This document shows positions 44,926 to 48,452 of a DNA stretch of 48,452 nt, in pieces. Location of the stretch: contig JAEELX010000104.1 in NCBI GenBank assembly GCA_016282955.1, positions 1 to 48,452 on the forward strand, in the 5' to 3' direction. This stretch comes from Paludibacteraceae bacterium. GTDB lineage: Bacteria; Bacteroidota; Bacteroidia; Bacteroidales; Paludibacteraceae. The number at the start of each line of letters is the position of its first letter. Position 1 is the first letter of the stretch. The notes below the pieces were generated by a model that was not told where the DNA came from, did no database searches, and worked only from the letters and a program-made list of their open reading frames with translations. Both the position numbers and the translations under genes were made by a program.

Positions 44926-45575
44926 TGTTTTTTGAAGAAATACGCACGCTCGCCATTGCTTGTGGGTTGGATGATTTGGGGATGACGCAACCGCATTTTT
45001 TGCAACAAGATGCAACGTATGTGGACGATTGGTTGGCAAAAGGGTTGCACGGAGCGTTGCATTATTTGGAACAAAATAAGGAGAAGCGATACGACCCGTC
45101 CGTGTTGGTTCCTGCGGGCAAGACGATATTGGTAGGGGTGGTGAAAAACACGAACATAAAAGGCGATTATCATCGGCACATCAAATCGTTGCTTTATGGG
45201 TTAGGCAACGAACTGAGCCAACGCATAGAGGGTTTTAAGCCGATAGAATTGCAACATATCTTTTGCGATTCGGCACCTGTGTTGGAGCGACGATTGGCAG
45301 TGGAAGCGGGGTTGGGTTGGATTGGGAAGAACCGCAACTTCTATCATCATTCGTTCGGCAGTTTGGTGCATTTGGGAGAGTTGATGTTGGATATTGTGGT
45401 GCCACGAAAAGAGCCGCCAGAGACCTATGCAAGTCGTTGCGACAGTTGCGAGGATTGTATCAAAGCGTGCCCGAGTGGTGCGTTGGGAGACGAGTGGAAT
45501 GCACAACTATGCCGTGCGTACCACAAAGAAAAATGTTGGATTTGTCAAACCGTTTGTAAATATAATGCGATATGA
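44922..45575 (+). CDS. queG: Epoxyqueuosine reductase-like protein, unusually short
   Basis: 217 aa. QueG-type motifs are present: WLAKGLHGALHYL, DSAPVLERRLAVEAGLGWIGKN and CDSCEDCIKACP. The segment between the two Fe-S motifs is shortened, and the protein ends right after CQTVCKYN. Confidence 0.6.
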   Translation: MMFFEEIRTLAIACGLDDLGMTQPHFLQQDATYVDDWLAKGLHGALHYLEQNKEKRYDPSVLVPAGKTILVGVVKNTNIKGDYHRHIKSLLYGLGNELSQRIEGFKPIELQHIFCDSAPVLERRLAVEAGLGWIGKNRNFYHHSFGSLVHLGELMLDIVVPRKEPPETYASRCDSCEDCIKACPSGALGDEWNAQLCRAYHKEKCWICQTVCKYNAI

Positions 45576-46240
45576 AAAAAATGTTGTTAGCAGGTTGCTT
45601 AATCTTTTTGGGTTGTGGGACGCAACAGAACGTTTATTTGAAAGATATTGGGCAATCCGAAAAAATCACCCTTGAAGCCGAAGCGGCTATGCCCAAAATC
45701 ACCGTAGGAAGTAATCTTTCTATCACGGTGTCGGGACTTGATGATGTGGCTTTGATGCCCTACCATGCTCGCTCTAACGGGCAAGATAAAAACGACATAA
45801 AACCACAAAAGCCCCTGCCTTTTCAGGTGGATAACGAGGGCGACATTACGTTTCCGAACTTGGGCAAAATACACCTCGAGGGTTTGACGCTGAACGAGGC
45901 GAAAAAGACGATTGAGGCTCGCCTGCAAGAGCACATCAAAAATCCTATTGTGCATGTGGCTTTTTGCGATATGTATTTCACGGTTTTGGGGTATGTGTAC
46001 ACGCCTGGCACCTATCGTATCGACAACGCTGGCACGAATCTGTTTGAAGCCCTGGCACAAGCGGGCGACATTGCATCGAACGGCGATTGCAGTAACATCC
46101 TTGTGATGCGAAAAAGCCAAACCGAGTTGCTTTGCGAACGGGTAGATATAAGCAAAAAAGAGGTTTTTAATTCGCCGTATTTTTTCTTGCAAAACAACGA
46201 CATTATTTACGTGTCGCCAAAGGTTAAACGCTCAAAATAA
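45572..46240 (+). CDS. Polysaccharide export protein (Wza/BexD-like), third paralogue
   Basis: 222 aa with a lipoprotein-like signal (FLGC). Has Poly_export/SLBB motifs (VLGYVYTPGTYRI...LFEALAQAGD). Confidence 0.8.
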   Translation: MKKMLLAGCLIFLGCGTQQNVYLKDIGQSEKITLEAEAAMPKITVGSNLSITVSGLDDVALMPYHARSNGQDKNDIKPQKPLPFQVDNEGDITFPNLGKIHLEGLTLNEAKKTIEARLQEHIKNPIVHVAFCDMYFTVLGYVYTPGTYRIDNAGTNLFEALAQAGDIASNGDCSNILVMRKSQTELLCERVDISKKEVFNSPYFFLQNNDIIYVSPKVKRSK

Positions 46241-46246
46241 ACGCTT

Positions 46247-48452
46247 ATGAATACGGAAAATGTAAAAAATATGCAAAACGAAGAAAAGAGTTTTGATTGG
46301 CAAAAAGTTTGGTTCATTTTTACGCTACATTGGAAGCAAATCGCTATCATTGTTGGTGCGTTTGTGGTGATGGGGTTGGGCTATTGTTTCCTCAAGACCC
46401 CCGTTTACACCTCATCGAGTACCCTCAAAGTGCAGCTTCGTGAAGCCGAAAGTTCCGTGTTGTCGCGTCTGCAAATCTCCTATTTCTTGGGACAAACCGG
46501 ACGGAATATCCGAGACGAAGTCGCTATCTTGCAATCTCGCCAAAGTATTCAGCAAGCCGTTGAACAACTCTATTTGCAAGCCTCGGTTCTCCAAAAGAAA
46601 GGGTTACGATGGGTGGAACTATACGGCGATGATGCTCCCTTGATAGCAAAATATACGCCTTCTGATGACGATAATGGGCAAATAACCGTAATGATTACGC
46701 CACAAGAAGTGGGTTATAAAATGGATCTTAGTGGCGTTGGAATCAAAGAACATTACCTCGTTGACAACTTGGATACGACCCTCACAGGGACTTGGGGAAC
46801 ACTCGTCTTGCAATCCAAACAACCCGTTACCAAAAACACAAAGGTGGTTTTGCACGACATGGAACGCCTCATCTCCTTCTACACAAGGTCTATCAGCATC
46901 GTGCCTATCAACAACTCCAACCTCATCAGCATCACGATGACTTCTCCGCACCCACAACGTGACTGCGATTTGATGCAACAAGTCATTGAAAACTACCAAG
47001 CCATCAGTTTGCACGAGAAAGAGCGGTTGACCGAGAATGTGTGTTCGTTTATTGACAAACGCCTTCAATCCATCGCTGCCGAGTTAGATTCCAGCGAAAA
47101 CAACATTGAACAATACCGCGTCAAAAATAAAATAACCGATTTGACGACCGAAACCGAAATTTATTTGGAAGTAAGCGAAGATTATCAGAAAAATTTGGTA
47201 AAAATCGAGAGCCAACTCAACATCGTGGATTTTATGTACCAATTTGTGACGGACGAAAATAAATCGAACGAGATGTTGTTGCCTATCAACTTGGGCATTG
47301 AGGACGAAAACGGGACGTTGGCAACGCTTTTGGAGGAATACAACGAACTTATTTTGCAAAAAGTACGATTGCAACGAACCGCAACCGAAAACAACCCCAT
47401 TTTAGTCGATTTAACCCAACAGATTGAACTGATTCGCAAAAATATCATCAATTGTCTGTCGTGCATCAAAGAAAGCCTCAGCATCGCCAAAAACGACCTC
47501 GACCGCAAAAATACGCAACTATCGCAACGGTTGAACAAAATCCCAACCTACGAACGCCATTATTTGGACAAACAACGTCGCCAAGAAGTGCAGGAAGAGT
47601 TGTTCCTATTTTTGTACCAAAAACGCGAGGAGAGTGCGATGATGTTGTCTTCTACCGTTTCGCAAAACCAAGTGATTGATACGCCCAAAACCGACCCGCT
47701 CACCAAAGCCCCCAAAAAATCCATCACATTAGCCCTTTTTGCGTTGCTCGGCCTCTTTTTGCCGACCTGCTGTCTTTTTATCTACTACACGCTGTTGAAT
47801 CAAAAAATCATTGACATAGACGATTGCCAAAAACGCTTGCAAACGCCCCTCGGTGGTATCGTGTATCACAATAAGACGAACGGTATTCTGTTGCCCAATT
47901 CATCGCAATTTAAGGCGTTTAAGCGGCTACGAGAGCATATTCATTTTACGCTCAAAGACAAAACAGACAAGTCGCCTGTGGTGCTGGTGAGTTCCTTAAA
48001 GCAAGGCGAAGGCAAAAACTATGTCGCTACGCATACGGCACTCGCTTACGCTGCACGAAATAAAAAGACGGTTCTGGTGGATTTGGATGCACAAACCGAC
48101 CATGCGTATTCGTTTGAACTTTCGCAACAGGTAGATGTTCTTTCGGCGAGGGATTTGAGCGTTGGAATCGGCGATTTATTCACCTACGAACACCTGCAAA
48201 AACTGTTTGCTGACCTCAAAGAGAAGTACGAAATGATTATTCTCGTGGCTCCACCGCTTTCGGAAGCAAGTGAGACGTTTTATTTGAACGATTTCATTGA
48301 CTTGACGCTGTTTGTGGTGCGGTTTAATTATTCGCCCAATAGTGTGATAGATAGCATCAATGGGGTCCATCGCTCCAATCGCTTGAAAAATATCACGTGC
48401 GTCATCAACGATGTTTATGCTGGCTACACGGATAATTTTTACGGATTATTGA
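46247..48452 (+). CDS. Wzc/GumC-like polysaccharide co-polymerase with degenerate kinase domain; 3' end beyond window
   Basis: Read by hand: ATG at 46247, open through base 48452 with no in-frame stop, so it is absent from the ORF track. Has an N-terminal TM, coiled coils, a second TM (ALFALLGLFLP) and a BY-kinase-like C-terminal region with GEGKN and IILVAPP. Confidence 0.8.
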   Translation, partial: MNTENVKNMQNEEKSFDWQKVWFIFTLHWKQIAIIVGAFVVMGLGYCFLKTPVYTSSSTLKVQLREAESSVLSRLQISYFLGQTGRNIRDEVAILQSRQSIQQAVEQLYLQASVLQKKGLRWVELYGDDAPLIAKYTPSDDDNGQITVMITPQEVGYKMDLSGVGIKEHYLVDNLDTTLTGTWGTLVLQSKQPVTKNTKVVLHDMERLISFYTRSISIVPINNSNLISITMTSPHPQRDCDLMQQVIENYQAISLHEKERLTENVCSFIDKRLQSIAAELDSSENNIEQYRVKNKITDLTTETEIYLEVSEDYQKNLVKIESQLNIVDFMYQFVTDENKSNEMLLPINLGIEDENGTLATLLEEYNELILQKVRLQRTATENNPILVDLTQQIELIRKNIINCLSCIKESLSIAKNDLDRKNTQLSQRLNKIPTYERHYLDKQRRQEVQEELFLFLYQKREESAMMLSSTVSQNQVIDTPKTDPLTKAPKKSITLALFALLGLFLPTCCLFIYYTLLNQKIIDIDDCQKRLQTPLGGIVYHNKTNGILLPNSSQFKAFKRLREHIHFTLKDKTDKSPVVLVSSLKQGEGKNYVATHTALAYAARNKKTVLVDLDAQTDHAYSFELSQQVDVLSARDLSVGIGDLFTYEHLQKLFADLKEKYEMIILVAPPLSEASETFYLNDFIDLTLFVVRFNYSPNSVIDSINGVHRSNRLKNITCVINDVYAGYTDNFYGLL

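Overview
This is a Bacteroidota (Bacteroidales-like) chromosomal segment. Evidence for that placement: TAnnTTTG-type promoter boxes, a T9SS C-terminal sorting tail, and GLPGLI, BACON and PG0541-type proteins. Most of it is tightly packed housekeeping DNA. It holds an rseC-like gene plus rnfBCDGEA fused to recR, then dnaE, galE, and a Wza/Wza/Wzc polysaccharide export block. It also holds a reverse-type rubrerythrin, a TetR-TolC-MFP-RND-PG0541 efflux operon, tRNA-Glu(CTC) abutting rsgA, recO, a CoA-transferase, class II fba, tRNA-Arg(TCT), rpoD and mtaB. A long plus-strand operon (CNNM, MarC, TlpA-like, short QueG-like, Wza, Wzc-like) runs off the right edge. Several small AT-rich accessory islets interrupt this backbone. 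I found no CRISPR array, no transposase or integrase, and no clear multi-gene defence system. The best candidates for something undescribed are: (1) a promoter-to-terminator, densely base-paired ~250-nt RNA candidate at ~1005-1257, next to a 44-codon relic of an EcoRI-type DNA methyltransferase; (2) a translationally coupled small-protein plus retropepsin-like aspartic protease module (25201-25857), with a 125-bp multi-helix palindrome beside it; (3) a NYN-domain nuclease gene (38926-39558) sitting 10 nt behind an intrinsic terminator that has a competing antiterminator-like pairing; (4) a T9SS C10 cysteine protease gene inserted inside the rnf operon. All functional calls rest on motif recognition by eye. 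No database search was possible.
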